Shown here: positions 17,781-28,144 of the stretch, in pieces | Layout of the letters: each line of letters opens with the position of its first letter | Numbering within the stretch: the first letter of the stretch is position 1 | Origin: Myxococcales bacterium | GTDB lineage: Bacteria > Myxococcota_A > Polyangia > Polyangiales > DASUME01 | DNA: 64,000 nucleotides | Assembly: GCA_047601445.1 (NCBI GenBank) | Contig: JASGJH010000001.1 | Location: 7,072,001-7,136,000, forward strand | Direction of reading: 5' to 3' | The notes under the pieces: generated by a model | What the model was told of the DNA's origin: nothing | Database searches by the model: none | What the model saw: the letters and a program-made list of their open reading frames with translations, nothing else | Made by a program: the position numbers and the translations under genes

Positions 17781-17815
17781 GGCCCTCGGCGTCGTTCGTC
17801 TTTTCACGGCTCGCG

Positions 17816-18319
17816 TTACTCGAACGCGAAGTCCAGTACGTCGCCGATGCGGATGGGGCCGCCCTCGAGGACACGCGCGGTGATGCCGCCGTGTCCTCGC
17901 GTGGCGTTGTAGCCGCCTGTCCCAAGGACTTCTTCCATACGCGAGCAGGGATCGCAGGTGCCCGTCCCCTCGAGCAGTGCGCCGCCCAGGCGAAAGCGAC
18001 GAGCGCGCAGCGAGAGCACGCTGAAGCCTTCGATGACCAGGTTGCGCCGCAGCAGCAGTGGGTCGACCGTGCTGCGTCCACACAGTGCGGCGATGGTGGG
18101 CAGATGCTCCGCCTGAATCAAGGTTACCTGGCGTTTGCCCCCGCTGCGCTCGGCAGCGCGGTCACCCACGAGGCCTCGCTGCGTGAGGAGCTCGGCGCTC
18201 TCGACGACGTGCATGGACCCACGGTGTGACTCGCGCAGACCGATCCAGCGCAGGCGGCCAGGCTGGGCACGCTGCAGCATCAACTGTTGAACCAGGGGAC
18301 TGTCTTCGGAGTACGCCAT
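17816..18319 (-). CDS. MOSC domain protein
   Basis: GLVGDR, RQVTLIQAEHL, LRRNLVI, CDPCSRME, GHGGITARV. Confidence 0.9.
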   Translation of the reverse strand: MAYSEDSPLVQQLMLQRAQPGRLRWIGLRESHRGSMHVVESAELLTQRGLVGDRAAERSGGKRQVTLIQAEHLPTIAALCGRSTVDPLLLRRNLVIEGFSVLSLRARRFRLGGALLEGTGTCDPCSRMEEVLGTGGYNATRGHGGITARVLEGGPIRIGDVLDFAFE

Positions 18320-18390
18320 GTCTCGTGCGGCTTTGCATGGAGCGCGGGCTCCCCCGCATGTCTACGCCAGGCTCGACGTCGGCTCCAGCG

Positions 18391-18942
18391 CTATTCCTGC
18401 GGCATCCAGGATACCGTGAGTACGAAGCTCATCGACGCAATCTCCACGCTGCCCGTGGTCTCGTCCGAATCGGGCAGCGCTGGGTCAGCGCAGTGTAGGC
18501 TCCCCTCCAGGCGGTAGACCTTGGAACCGAGCTCGCCCGGCCCCACGTATTCGTGCTTGGTCACCTTGGCCTCGCATTCCTCGGCGACCCACTGTTGGCG
18601 CTCTGGCGCGGCGAACCCAAACACTGCCCATTGCGAGCCGGTCTCGCCCTCTGCGATGCCAGGTAGCTGGAGCTCGGCGGCGCTGATATCGTCCCGATCA
18701 GCGAAGTAGAAGCTGGCGTCGATGCCGAGGCCCGAGCTGTTCTCCACCAAGCAGCCTGGGCCCGAGGACGGGCCGAGGTTCAAGGCGACGGCGCCCCGTG
18801 TGCGTAGCGCGAGGCCACAGGTGGTGTCCGCCGAAAACATCACGGAGCCACCTGAGTCGGCGTCGCCGTCATCGCCGCAGCCCAGGGAGCACAGCGTGAG
18901 TGTGGACAGGAGAGCAGCGCACAACCGGGAGCTGGTTCGCAT
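18391..18942 (-). CDS. Hypothetical lipoprotein
   Basis: Lipobox CSLGC followed by GDDG and a beta-rich Cys-containing domain. Confidence 0.75.
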   Translation of the reverse strand: MRTSSRLCAALLSTLTLCSLGCGDDGDADSGGSVMFSADTTCGLALRTRGAVALNLGPSSGPGCLVENSSGLGIDASFYFADRDDISAAELQLPGIAEGETGSQWAVFGFAAPERQQWVAEECEAKVTKHEYVGPGELGSKVYRLEGSLHCADPALPDSDETTGSVEIASMSFVLTVSWMPQE

Positions 18943-18972
18943 GACGCCGATGGTACACCAGGTCCGACGCGC

Positions 18973-19842
18973 TCAGCTTTGCCCTTCACCCAGATCCAGC
19001 GCGAGCTGGCGTCCCGCCATTCGGGCCGCGGCCTCTTCCGCCTTGGGCCACGGCGGTAATGGCGGCAACCCTAGTGCTTCACGCACCGGCCCAAAGGAGC
19101 GGCGATGGATGGCGCAGGCGCCGAGCTTGGCCAGCGCCCGCGTGTGCTCTGCGACGGGATAGCCCTTGTGCTTCGCGAAGCCGTAACCGGGGTAGGTGGT
19201 GTCGAGCTCGCCCATGAGCGCATCGCGCGCGGTCTTGGCCAGGATGGAGGCCGCGGCGATGGACAAGCTCTTTTGGTCGCCCTTCACGATGGCCTGCTGC
19301 GGGATGTCGAGGTGCTTGAGCTTGCGCGCGTCGAGCAGCAGATGCTGCGGGATGACACCGAGCTGCTCCACGGCGCGTTGCATGGCCAACAGTCCTGCCC
19401 AGTAGATGTTCATGCGGTCGATCTCCTCGACCTCCGCGAAGCCCACGGCCCACGCCACGCTCTCCTGCTTGATGATCACCGCCAGGCGATCGCGCGTGGC
19501 GGCGTCGAGCTTCTTGGAATCATCGATCTCGCGCAATCGCGCCCCCGGCGCGAAGATCACCGCTGCGGCGGCCACCGGACCTGCGAGTGGGCTCATGCCG
19601 GCTTCGTCGATGCCTGCGACGTGGATCACCCCCTGCTCCCACAGCTCGCTCTCGTAGCGCAGGATGTGCCGCACCCGCTGTCCCTCGGATCGGTGCTCGC
19701 GCCGCCGGCGTTCCACAGCGCGCAGGATGGCCTGGGCTCCCGGGCGCGGATCCGCGCGTAGAGCGGCTTCGATGGCGGATTCGAGCGGGCGGCCGTCGAT
19801 GATGTAGCGCTTACGTAGCTCGCTGAGGACGAGACGGGTCAC
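18973..19842 (-). CDS. rnhB: Ribonuclease HII
   Basis: [45 protein letters not shown]. Confidence 0.95.
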   Translation of the reverse strand: MTRLVLSELRKRYIIDGRPLESAIEAALRADPRPGAQAILRAVERRRREHRSEGQRVRHILRYESELWEQGVIHVAGIDEAGMSPLAGPVAAAAVIFAPGARLREIDDSKKLDAATRDRLAVIIKQESVAWAVGFAEVEEIDRMNIYWAGLLAMQRAVEQLGVIPQHLLLDARKLKHLDIPQQAIVKGDQKSLSIAAASILAKTARDALMGELDTTYPGYGFAKHKGYPVAEHTRALAKLGACAIHRRSFGPVREALGLPPLPPWPKAEEAAARMAGRQLALDLGEGQS

Positions 19843-20238
19843 GCCGGGAGCTTACAACTCTCGGGGGCGCCATGCCGCTCGGGCAGCAGAGCCTGCAGGG
19901 GGCGGCCGCAAGTTTTCTGGGCGACCTGGGAGCGCCCAGGGGGGACTACGACCCTCTGAAGGAGACGGGCACCGAAGGAACGCGGTGCCGACTCAGTGCC
20001 AGTTCTGCTGGCGGCACCAGCACGAGGCTTGTTCGAGGCGCAGTTTGGCTGCTTTCGAAGGGGCGCGGCAGTGGCGCGCCTCTGGCGTCTTAAGTTGATC
20101 GAGAGAGGAAGCAAGCCGCAGATCTCGGTCGGGTCTCGCGTCTCGAACCGGGCGTTGCCTTTCAGCGCGCGTTGAACACGCGATCATCGCGCGATCTCGC
20201 CGGCGCAGCGCAGCGCGGTGACGCTGCGGAGTCGTTCG

Positions 20239-21132
20239 ATGGGAGCTTTTGCAAAATACGAGCCGCTCGATCCGCGAGCACGGGTTCGCGCCCTGCGCCC
20301 CGTCAAGGCCCTGACCGCGCCCAAGGATCCCATGGTGTTGCTGCACCCGTTCGCCCTCTGCACGGAGGTCTGGAGACAGATTCTTCCGGCCCTCGAGGAG
20401 CACCACGAGGTATTCCCGCTCAAGCTGCCGGGGCATATGGGAGGCTGCCCGTACCCGCGGGATTTGGAGCACAGCATCGAGCACTTGACCGATCTCGTGG
20501 AGGCGCAGTTGAACGAGAAACACCTGGCCAGAGCGCATCTCGTGGGGAGCTCGCTCGGAGGCTGGCTCGCGCTCGAGTTGGCGCGGAGGGGGCGCGCCTT
20601 GTCGGTCGTCGCCTTCGCGCCCGGCGGCGGTTGGCGCTTCGGCAGCGCGGAGCACCGCCGCCTGGTGAGAAAGTTCAGGCTGGTGCAGCGGCTGGTTCGG
20701 CTCGCGGGGCCGCGCGCCGCCTTGCTTGGCTCGAGTAGTCTCGTGCGTCGTCTGTTTCTCAACGACGCGGTGGTTCAGCCCACGCTGCTCTCGCCGCTCG
20801 AAGCGGCGCTCTTCATCGAGGCGGCCTGGCGCTGCACGGCCTTCTCCGCCGTGTGCGCGGCGCTACCCACGCAAGCGTTGACCGAGCCCTTCACGCCGAC
20901 ATGCCCGGTGCGCATCGTCTGGGGCGACAAGGACCGGCTCCTTCCGCTGCATGGCTATTCGGAGCACTGGCGGAACGCACTGCCCGAGGCGGAGTGGGTG
21001 GTGCTGCACGGAGTGGGTCACCTGCCCATGTACGACGATCCCACCACCGTCGTGAACGTCATCCTCAGCTTGACCAGGGCCGAACTCGAAACGAGTCGGG
21101 CGCGTGCGAGAAGGCACCGCGGCGCGTGCTAG
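20239..21132 (+). CDS. Alpha/beta fold hydrolase
   Basis: LLHPF, LPGH, GSSLGG, WGDKD, GHLPM. Confidence 0.88.
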   Translation: MGAFAKYEPLDPRARVRALRPVKALTAPKDPMVLLHPFALCTEVWRQILPALEEHHEVFPLKLPGHMGGCPYPRDLEHSIEHLTDLVEAQLNEKHLARAHLVGSSLGGWLALELARRGRALSVVAFAPGGGWRFGSAEHRRLVRKFRLVQRLVRLAGPRAALLGSSSLVRRLFLNDAVVQPTLLSPLEAALFIEAAWRCTAFSAVCAALPTQALTEPFTPTCPVRIVWGDKDRLLPLHGYSEHWRNALPEAEWVVLHGVGHLPMYDDPTTVVNVILSLTRAELETSRARARRHRGAC

Positions 21133-21896
21133 CCGAGTAGCGCGGCCATCGCCCGGCGCGTGAGCGCGCGCGGCAACCACTGGGCGGCTTGCACCATCAC
21201 CTTGTTGGACAAACCCGGTACACAAATCACAGCGCGCTGGTCCCAGGCTCGCAGCGCCGCCTTGGCCACCGCCTCGGGGCTCATCAGCGGGGTCTTCTCC
21301 ATCACTGCCTGCATGCCGGCGACTTCGCCGAACTCGCTCGCGGTGGCACCCGGGCACACTGCCAGGGTATGCACGCCCGTGCCGCGTAGCTCTTCTGATA
21401 GAGCTTCGGTGAAAGACAGCAGGAACGCCTTGGTTCCACCGTAGACCGCGAGCTTGGGCGTGGGATAGAAGCCGCCTGTGGAGGTGACCACCAACACTCC
21501 GCCCGCCTTGTTGGCGATCATGGCGGGCAGCAGGCGATGGGTGAGCTCCACGCTGACCAGGGCATTGAGCCGGACTTGCTTGGCGATCAGCTCGGCCGGT
21601 GTGTCCACGAAACGCGCGAACGCGCCGAGCCCCGCATTGTTGACGAGCAGCTCTGCGCCGCCGAGCGCCTCCACGCGCTGGGTGATGCGATCGACTGCAC
21701 CATCGCTCACCAGATCCTCGACGCACGGAATCACGGCTCCCTGCGTTTCCTGCTGGAGCGCTTCGAGGCGCTCTGCGCGTCGCGCCACGGCGAGCACGCG
21801 ATAGGCGCGCGCCGCAAGTTCCCTTGTCAGCGCCGCGCCGATGCCGGCCGACGCTCCGGTGACCACTGCGAGAGGTCGTTCGAGTCGATTTTGCAT
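21129..21896 (-). CDS. Short-chain dehydrogenase/reductase
   Basis: TGASAGIG, NNAG, YGGTK. Confidence 0.93.
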   Translation of the reverse strand: MQNRLERPLAVVTGASAGIGAALTRELAARAYRVLAVARRAERLEALQQETQGAVIPCVEDLVSDGAVDRITQRVEALGGAELLVNNAGLGAFARFVDTPAELIAKQVRLNALVSVELTHRLLPAMIANKAGGVLVVTSTGGFYPTPKLAVYGGTKAFLLSFTEALSEELRGTGVHTLAVCPGATASEFGEVAGMQAVMEKTPLMSPEAVAKAALRAWDQRAVICVPGLSNKVMVQAAQWLPRALTRRAMAALLG

Positions 21897-22078
21897 GCTC
21901 CCCCGGTTCGCAAAATGAATCCGCAGTCTGTAAACGGTCCGTTCTGAGAGTTCAAGGCCGACGTTGCTCGAGCTCTGGGGCTGCAGCGGTCGCAGCAAAG
22001 GGCGCTCGACCCTCGGCCGCTAGAGCAAGCACTGGCGTGCGCGCGACGGTGCGGGACTTTCGCGTGCTAGCGTCGAGA

Positions 22079-22681
22079 GTGAGCTCGCCGAATCCACCCG
22101 CAGCGCCGTCGACTGGGACCAGCTTGCTCGAGCAGCTCCGCGAGACGACGCGGGGCCAGCATGAGGCGCTCGATCAATCGGTGGTTCCGCCGGGTGAAGC
22201 TCTCACACGCGAGCGCTACGCGGCGCTCTTGCTGGGCAGCTTCGCGGTGTTGCGGGTGCTGGAGGAGCGTCTCGAGCGCTGGTTCCATGCGTTCTCCGCG
22301 CCTTCGCGCAAGCAATGTCTCGAGTTGGATCTGAGCGACCTGGACGTAGCAGTCGCGGTGCCCACGGTGCTCGTGCCAGAGGTGGGCAGTTTGGCGGCGG
22401 CCTTCGGTTGCGCCTACGTGGTGGAGGGCTCGGCCCTCGGCGGGCTCGTGATGGCCCGGAGCCTGCGCAGTGCTTTCGGGCCCGAGCTGCGCGCGCTGCG
22501 CTACTTGACACTGCGAGCCGAAGACACGGGCAAGCACTTCCGGAGCTTTTGTCGCGAGCTCGACGCGTGGGGAACCGGAGCCACACCCGCGGAGCGCGAC
22601 CAGGCCTGTACCGCAGCGAGCGCGACCTTCGACGCCTACGCCGCCGGGATCGAGGCAGCCCGCACGCAGCTCAGGGGGTAA
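22079..22681 (+). CDS. Biliverdin-producing heme oxygenase (BphO/HemO-like)
   Basis: LRETTRGQHEALD (proximal His) and YVVEGSALGG; start uncertain. Confidence 0.85.
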   Translation: MSSPNPPAAPSTGTSLLEQLRETTRGQHEALDQSVVPPGEALTRERYAALLLGSFAVLRVLEERLERWFHAFSAPSRKQCLELDLSDLDVAVAVPTVLVPEVGSLAAAFGCAYVVEGSALGGLVMARSLRSAFGPELRALRYLTLRAEDTGKHFRSFCRELDAWGTGATPAERDQACTAASATFDAYAAGIEAARTQLRG

Positions 22682-22682
22682 G

Positions 22683-22809
22683 GGAGGGCGGGGATGGCGC
22701 GTGCCCTCTTTCGGGAGAAGGGGAGAGCACTCGTGAGCGGAGCGAACCTCGCGGTGGGGTGGGCCCCTGCGCGGCTCTGCCGCGGAGGGCGGGGATGGCG
22801 CGTGCCCTC
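22683..22809 (+). repeat. 26-bp direct repeat pair between convergent genes
   Basis: GGAGGGCGGGGATGGCGCGTGCCCTC at 22683-22708 and 22784-22809. Confidence 0.8.
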
Positions 22810-22817
22810 CCCGAGAA

Positions 22818-23243
22818 TTAGTGCGCCATCTCGAGGCCGCGCTTGATGCCGTCGAGTCCCTGCGCGATGAAGTCCACCACGCGGTCCACGCCCTCCGCAT
22901 CGGTGCCGTTGGTCACGTCGAAGTGCACGGTCCACGTGAGGAGGCTCGTGTGATCGGAGAGCTCATCGACGTGTAGTTCACCGGTGTAGTTCGTGACTGG
23001 CAAGCCCGAGCGTTGGAGTGTGTAGCGGTACGTGTGATGTTCCGGATCCATTTCGTCGAGCCGCTCCACCTGACGCATGCCGTCGCGTGTCTCGTAGTGA
23101 CGGAGCGCGCCGGGTTCGTTCCCGAGACTCTCGCCCCGCGCGAGCAGTGGATGCCAGGCCGCGATGTCCCCGAAGTGGCCGACTTTGCGCCAGAGCTCGT
23201 GGATATCGATCGGGATGTGCGTGCTCACGCTCACATTGTTCAT
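22818..23243 (-). CDS. SRPBCC (polyketide cyclase 2) family protein
   Basis: LWRKVGHFGDIAAWHP, GALR, ERL, LPVTNY; AAGGGGAG RBS. Confidence 0.88.
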   Translation of the reverse strand: MNNVSVSTHIPIDIHELWRKVGHFGDIAAWHPLLARGESLGNEPGALRHYETRDGMRQVERLDEMDPEHHTYRYTLQRSGLPVTNYTGELHVDELSDHTSLLTWTVHFDVTNGTDAEGVDRVVDFIAQGLDGIKRGLEMAH

Positions 23244-23390
23244 TGGCCATCTCCCCTTCGGCGAGAGAGGTGAACACGGAGGCAGGTACGGCCAATCCCG
23301 TGAGCAGGGATACTGGCAGGGCGCTTAAGCGCACGGAGGGCGCTGTCGGCCGAGGCTCCGAGAGGGAGGGGAGAGCGTGCTTCAATGTTT

Positions 23391-23472
23391 GAGTCGTACG
23401 CGTGCCCGTGCCCGTACCGCGATCCTCCTACGACGGAGAGGGCGTTTACGGGCACGGGTACGCGTACGACTC
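23391..23472. repeat. Long hairpin / REP-like element (family B) downstream of ilvC
   Basis: GAGTCGTACGCGTGCCCGTGCCCGTA ... TACGGGCACGGGTACGCGTACGACTC, near-perfect 26-bp arms. Confidence 0.8.
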
Positions 23473-23510
23473 ACAAGAAGTTGGGCCGCGAGAGGCCCTC
23501 CCGCTGATGC

Positions 23511-24995
23511 TCAGCCGCCGACGGAGATTTGCTTCATCGCGGTCATGTAGCCGCGCAGGACCGCGCCAATCTTCTCCACCGGGTGATTCTCGATGGCCTG
23601 GTTGATCTGCAGCAGCTTGCGGTTGTCCACCTGCTGGCTGCCAGCCGCGAAGGCCTTGCCGATCACGTCGGTCTTCTGCTTGGCCATGAAGTCCTTGAGC
23701 AGCGGGACCGCGGCGTGGCTGAACAGGTAGCAGCCGTACTCGGCCGTGTCGCTGATGACCTTGTTCATCTCGTAGAGCTTCTTGCGCGAGATGAGGTTGG
23801 CGATGAGGGGCGTCTCGTGTAGCGACTCGTAGTAGGCAGACTCGGGCTTCATGCCGACTTCCACCATGCACTCGAAGGCGAGCTCGACGCCTGCCTTGAC
23901 CATGGCCACCATCAACACGCCGTGGTCGAAGTACTCCTGCTCGGAGATCTTCGCGGAGCCCGCGGGCGTGCGCTCAAAGGAGGTGTCGTTGGTGGCGGCG
24001 CGCCAGCCGAGCAGGTTCTTATCGCCGGCGTCCCAGTCCTTCATCATGGTCTCGCTGAAGAAACCCGTGATGATGTCGTCCTGGTGCTTCTTGAACAGCG
24101 GGCGCATCAGGGTGCGCAGCTCTTCGGAGAGCTCGAAGGCCTTGACCTTGGCCGGGTTGCTGAGGCGATCCATCATCAGCGTGATGCCGCCCTGCTTGAG
24201 CGCCTCGGTGATGGTCTCCCAGCCGAACTGCACGAGCTTGCTCGCGTAGCCGGCGTCGATGCCCTCGGCCACCATCTTGTCGAAGCACAGCAGCGAGCCC
24301 GTCTGCAGCATGCCGCACAGGATGGTCTGCTCGCCCATCAGGTCGCTCTTGACCTCCGCCACGAAGCTCGACTCGAGCACCCCTGCGCGGTCGCCACCGG
24401 TGGCCGCCGCGTAGGCCTTGGCGATCTCGAGACCGTCGCCGTTGGGGTCGTTCTCCTTGTGCACCGCGATCAGCGTGGGCACGCCGAAGCCGCGCTTGTA
24501 CTCCTCGCGCACCTCGGTGCCGGGACACTTGGGGGCCACCATCACCACGGTGAGATCCTTGCGGATGGCCTGGCCTTCTTCGACGACGTTGAAGCCGTGG
24601 CTGTAGCCGAGCGTGGCGCCCTTCTTCATCAGCGGCATGACCTTGGACACCACGTCGGCGTGCTGCTTGTCGGGCGCCAGGTTGCACACCAGGTCGGCGC
24701 TCGGGATGAGCTCTTCGTAGGTGCCGACCTTGAAGCCGTTGCTGGTGGCGTTGTTGTAGCTGGCACGCTTCTGCTCGATAGCGTCGGCGCGCAGCGCGTA
24801 GCTCACGTCGAGGCCGGAGTCGCGCATGTTGAGACCCTGGTTCAGGCCCTGGGCGCCGCAGCCCACGATCACGACCTTCTTGCCACGAAGCTTCTCCACG
24901 CCGTTGAACTCGTTGCGCTCCATGAAGCGGCACTTGCCGAGCTGGTCCAGCTTGCCGGCCATGGTGAGGGTGTTGAAGTAGTTCTGACGCGACAT
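23511..24995 (-). CDS. ilvC: Ketol-acid reductoisomerase, class II (long form)
   Basis: [63 protein letters not shown]; duplicated C-terminal domain; GGAGA RBS. Confidence 0.97.
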   Translation of the reverse strand: MSRQNYFNTLTMAGKLDQLGKCRFMERNEFNGVEKLRGKKVVIVGCGAQGLNQGLNMRDSGLDVSYALRADAIEQKRASYNNATSNGFKVGTYEELIPSADLVCNLAPDKQHADVVSKVMPLMKKGATLGYSHGFNVVEEGQAIRKDLTVVMVAPKCPGTEVREEYKRGFGVPTLIAVHKENDPNGDGLEIAKAYAAATGGDRAGVLESSFVAEVKSDLMGEQTILCGMLQTGSLLCFDKMVAEGIDAGYASKLVQFGWETITEALKQGGITLMMDRLSNPAKVKAFELSEELRTLMRPLFKKHQDDIITGFFSETMMKDWDAGDKNLLGWRAATNDTSFERTPAGSAKISEQEYFDHGVLMVAMVKAGVELAFECMVEVGMKPESAYYESLHETPLIANLISRKKLYEMNKVISDTAEYGCYLFSHAAVPLLKDFMAKQKTDVIGKAFAAGSQQVDNRKLLQINQAIENHPVEKIGAVLRGYMTAMKQISVGG

Positions 24996-25069
24996 GTCGA
25001 TCTCTCCGGGTAGGGCAGCCCGAGTGGGGCGGCCGTCAGACTGTATAGACCGCGCCGGGGCCGGATCAA

Positions 25070-25119
25070 CATTGCGCTTGCGCCTATTTTGGGTACCCTC
25101 AATTGCGTTTTTCGCAATT
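25070..25119. promoter_or_regulatory. IlvY-type LysR operator region
   Basis: Palindrome AATTGCG-TTTTT-CGCAATT (25101-25119) and weaker site ACATTGCGCTTGCGCCTAT (from 25070) between divergent ilvC and ilvY. Confidence 0.7.
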
Positions 25120-26019
25120 ATGACCAACACCCTGCAAGACGAGCTCACCGCCTTCCTGCACGTGGCGGAGAGCTTACATTTCGCCCGCAGCGCGAAGGCC
25201 CTGCACATGAGCCCGTCGGCGCTCACGCGGGCCATCCAGCGGCTCGAGAGCGAGCTCGGGCACCAGCTGTTCGAGCGTCAGAAACGCAGCGTACGGCTCA
25301 CCCGGGCCGGCGAAATCTTTCGGGACCATGCCCGCGCCCAGAAGGCTGCCCAGGCACGTCTGCTGGAGGCGCTGGCGGCCGAAAAGCAGGCTCCCACCGG
25401 GGAGTTGCGCATCGCGTGCACGGTGACCGCCAGCTACTCGCTTCTGCCCAAGCTGCTGGCACGCTGCCGCGCACGCTACCCCGGCATTCATCTGCAACTG
25501 AGCACCTCGGATGCCGCCCGCTGCTTGCAGCGTCTCGAGAACGAGGAGGTCGACGTGGCCGTGGTGCCCGAGCCCGACCGTCCCGCAAGTGAGCTCCGCT
25601 TCGTGCGCCTGGCCGAGACCGAGCTCACCTTCATCGCTCCCAGCGTCGACCGAGAGCTCTCGCGACGCGCGCGTCTCGGCGGAGCGCAATGGAACGGGCT
25701 GCCCGTGATTCTGCCGCGCCGCGGCCTCGAGCGGGACCGCTTCGACCTGTGGCTCGAGCAACAGTCGGCGCGACCCGAGGTGTACGCGGAGGTCGAGGGC
25801 AACGAGGCCATCCTCTCCATGGTTGCCCTCGGCTGCGGTGTGGGCATCGTGCCGGAGCTGGTGCTGCGCGATAGCCCCTTGCGAGGGCGCGTCGAGCGCG
25901 TGAGCGTGGCGCGGCCACCACGTGGATTTCACGTGTCCCTGTGCGCCAAGGACAAGACGCTCACGCGTCGCACGGCCGCGGCGTTGTGGGAGTTGGCCCC
26001 AGCCAGCGCACAGCTTTGA
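25120..26019 (+). CDS. ilvY: LysR-family activator IlvY
   Basis: [58 protein letters not shown]; divergent from ilvC. Confidence 0.92.
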   Translation: MTNTLQDELTAFLHVAESLHFARSAKALHMSPSALTRAIQRLESELGHQLFERQKRSVRLTRAGEIFRDHARAQKAAQARLLEALAAEKQAPTGELRIACTVTASYSLLPKLLARCRARYPGIHLQLSTSDAARCLQRLENEEVDVAVVPEPDRPASELRFVRLAETELTFIAPSVDRELSRRARLGGAQWNGLPVILPRRGLERDRFDLWLEQQSARPEVYAEVEGNEAILSMVALGCGVGIVPELVLRDSPLRGRVERVSVARPPRGFHVSLCAKDKTLTRRTAAALWELAPASAQL

Positions 26020-26087
26020 GGTAGAGGTTCGGCTTCGACGGTCGCGAAAGAAAGAGCGCCAAAAAAGAAAAAGCGTCAAAGGTCGAC

Positions 26088-26261
26088 GCTCACGCATGCC
26101 GTCGCCGTTCAGGTCAATGTTGACGTCGTCGACCAAGTCAACCTCGACGCCGAGGTTCGACTCCGCCGGACTGCAGTCTAGCGCTTGCGCTTCAGTGATG
26201 ATGAGCGTGGTGGTGGACTTGGACGACGACTTTGACACGAACGGCGACGGTGTGCGTGAGC
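26088..26261. repeat. Dispersed long palindromic element, family A, copy 2
   Basis: GCTCACGCATGCCGTCGCCGTTCAGGTCAA ... TTTGACACGAACGGCGACGGTGTGCGTGAGC; arms homologous to 17621-17780, central loop different. Confidence 0.8.
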
Positions 26262-26342
26262 GATCCCGGGTTGACGCTCCGCTCACGCGGTCGCGGGCCC
26301 GCGCCCTTGCCATCACCTTCCACGCCGTCACAATGCGCAGCG

Positions 26343-27701
26343 ATGTCGTCGCAGTCGCTGTTTTCGCAATCCATGTCGCTCGAGCTCGGAGTGCCACCGC
26401 TTGGGTTGTCCTTGATCACGGGACCCAATGGCTCCGGCAAGTCGAGCGCCGCGCGCGCACTGGTGGAGCGCGTGCCAGGCGCGGAGTTGTTGTCCGCGGA
26501 GTCGCAGCAGGCTTTCTACGAAGATCAGCTGGCCCGCGACGAGTCGAACTTCAACCAGGGGGTGGACACCAGCACCACGCTCGCGCAGCTCGTGGGCGAC
26601 GCCGCGCGTGAACATCCACTGGTGGCAGCCTTCCGGCTCGCGCCGCTGTGGGAACGTGGGTACCGCCTTCTCTCTACGGGGGAGGGCCGCAAGGTGCTGC
26701 TCTTGCGCGCCGTGCTGCGCAGTCCTGCGCTGCTCGTGCTCGACGAACCCTTCGACGGACTCGATGCCGCCGCGCGCGCCGAACTCGCCGATGCCATCGA
26801 GCAGGTGGCCGAGCGCGTGCCGGTGCTGGTGGTGGGGGCCATGCGCGCCGACCAGCTGCCCTTCACGGACGCCGCCGTGCGCGAGGTCAACGTGATCGAG
26901 CAGGGCCAACTCGCCTTTCGTGGCAGCCTCGAAGCTTTTCGCGCACGGGTTCACGTAGCGCCGCGCAAGCACCTGCCACCGCCAGTGCAGCTCGGCACCT
27001 ACTTCGAGCCGTGGCCCGCCGACGTTCCGCTGATCGTGCTGCGGCAGGGCAGAGTGCAATACGGCGAGCACGTGGTGTTCGAGGGGCTGGACTTCCGTTT
27101 GAACAGGGGCGAGCACACCTTGATCGAGGGCCCCAATGGCTCGGGCAAGTCCACGCTGCTCGAGATGTTCACGGGCGACCATCCGCAGGCCTACGCCAAT
27201 GACCTCACGCTGTTCGGCCGACGACGCGGCAGTGGCGAGACGGTCTGGGAGATCAAGCAGAAGGTAGGTGTGGTGTCGGGGCAGCTGCACCGCAACTACC
27301 GCGTGGGCGGCAGCGTCGAAGACGCCCTGGTGAGCGGCATCTTCGACAGCATTGGTGTGTACCGGGAGCCTGAGCCGAGCCATCGCGCACGCGCGCTGGC
27401 CTGGCTCGCGTGGGTCGGCCTGGGCATCGCTCCCGACGCGGCGTTTCGCGAGCTCTCGTTCGGGCTCCAACGGCTGGTGTTGATCGCGCGAGCGGCCATC
27501 AAGGTGCCGCCGCTCGTGGTGCTCGACGAGCCCACGTCCGGGCTCGACCCGGAGAATCGCGAGCGCGTGCTCGAGCTGGTGGAGTCCCTGTGCACGCAGG
27601 AGCTGAGCACTGTGCTGATGGTGACGCACCGCGACGACGAGCGAGAGTTCTGGGAACGCCGCATCCGGGGTCGCAAGATCTCGCTCGCTTCCCGCGCCTG
27701 A
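26343..27701 (+). CDS. modF: ModF-like ABC ATPase with two nucleotide-binding domains
   Basis: GPNGSGKS twice, LSTGE, LDEPFDGLD, GDHPQAYANDLTLFGRRRGSGETVWEIK, LSFG, LDEP. Confidence 0.85.
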   Translation: MSSQSLFSQSMSLELGVPPLGLSLITGPNGSGKSSAARALVERVPGAELLSAESQQAFYEDQLARDESNFNQGVDTSTTLAQLVGDAAREHPLVAAFRLAPLWERGYRLLSTGEGRKVLLLRAVLRSPALLVLDEPFDGLDAAARAELADAIEQVAERVPVLVVGAMRADQLPFTDAAVREVNVIEQGQLAFRGSLEAFRARVHVAPRKHLPPPVQLGTYFEPWPADVPLIVLRQGRVQYGEHVVFEGLDFRLNRGEHTLIEGPNGSGKSTLLEMFTGDHPQAYANDLTLFGRRRGSGETVWEIKQKVGVVSGQLHRNYRVGGSVEDALVSGIFDSIGVYREPEPSHRARALAWLAWVGLGIAPDAAFRELSFGLQRLVLIARAAIKVPPLVVLDEPTSGLDPENRERVLELVESLCTQELSTVLMVTHRDDEREFWERRIRGRKISLASRA

Positions 27702-27779
27702 CCTCCCGCGGGCACCTCGACTCGAGAATCACGCGACGAGGCCCCGGCAGGCGACCTCCGCCCGCTGGTCGTCCCGAGC

Positions 27780-27808
27780 TTGACAATCCATAAGCAGTTG
27801 CTTATATG
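27780..27808 (+). promoter_or_regulatory. sigma70 promoter with overlapping ArsR-type operator
   Basis: TTGACA (27780-27785)-17 bp-TATATG; palindrome ATAAGC-AGTT-GCTTAT at 27790-27805. Confidence 0.75.
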
Positions 27809-27814
27809 TCGATC

Positions 27815-28144
27815 ATGCAGAGCGCGCTGGCCGCCGAAGACAAGATTTTCCAGGCCCTGGCCGATCCCAGTCGCAGGGCGATCTTCGAGTCGCTCACGCG
27901 CGGCGAAGCGGCGGTGAAGGACCTCACGGCCCGCTTCGACATCTCGCAACCGGCCGTCTCGCAGCACCTCGCCACGTTGAAGGACGCGGGCTTGGTGAAC
28001 GGTCGGCGCGAAGGACGCTGTGTCTACTACCGGGTGGAGCCTCGTGGAATGAAACCGCTCATCGACTGGATCACGCACTACCGCGCGTTCTGGACCGAAC
28101 GCGTCGACCGCCTTGAACAACTGCTGGAGAAGATGGACAAATGA
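27815..28144 (+). CDS. ArsR/SmtB-family transcriptional repressor
   Basis: IFQALADPSRRAI, ISQPAVSQHLATLKDAGLV, REGR. Start 27806 or 27815. Confidence 0.93.
   Translation: MQSALAAEDKIFQALADPSRRAIFESLTRGEAAVKDLTARFDISQPAVSQHLATLKDAGLVNGRREGRCVYYRVEPRGMKPLIDWITHYRAFWTERVDRLEQLLEKMDK

Noticed and set aside
19954..20000. Glycine riboswitch-like words (CTCTGAAGGAGA...CACCGAAGGA...CTCAG)
   Set aside because: No P2 stem between GGAGA and CCGAAG and no CTCTCAGG end. The segment folds better as a simple GGCACCG/CGGTGCC hairpin, and the downstream gene is unrelated to glycine.
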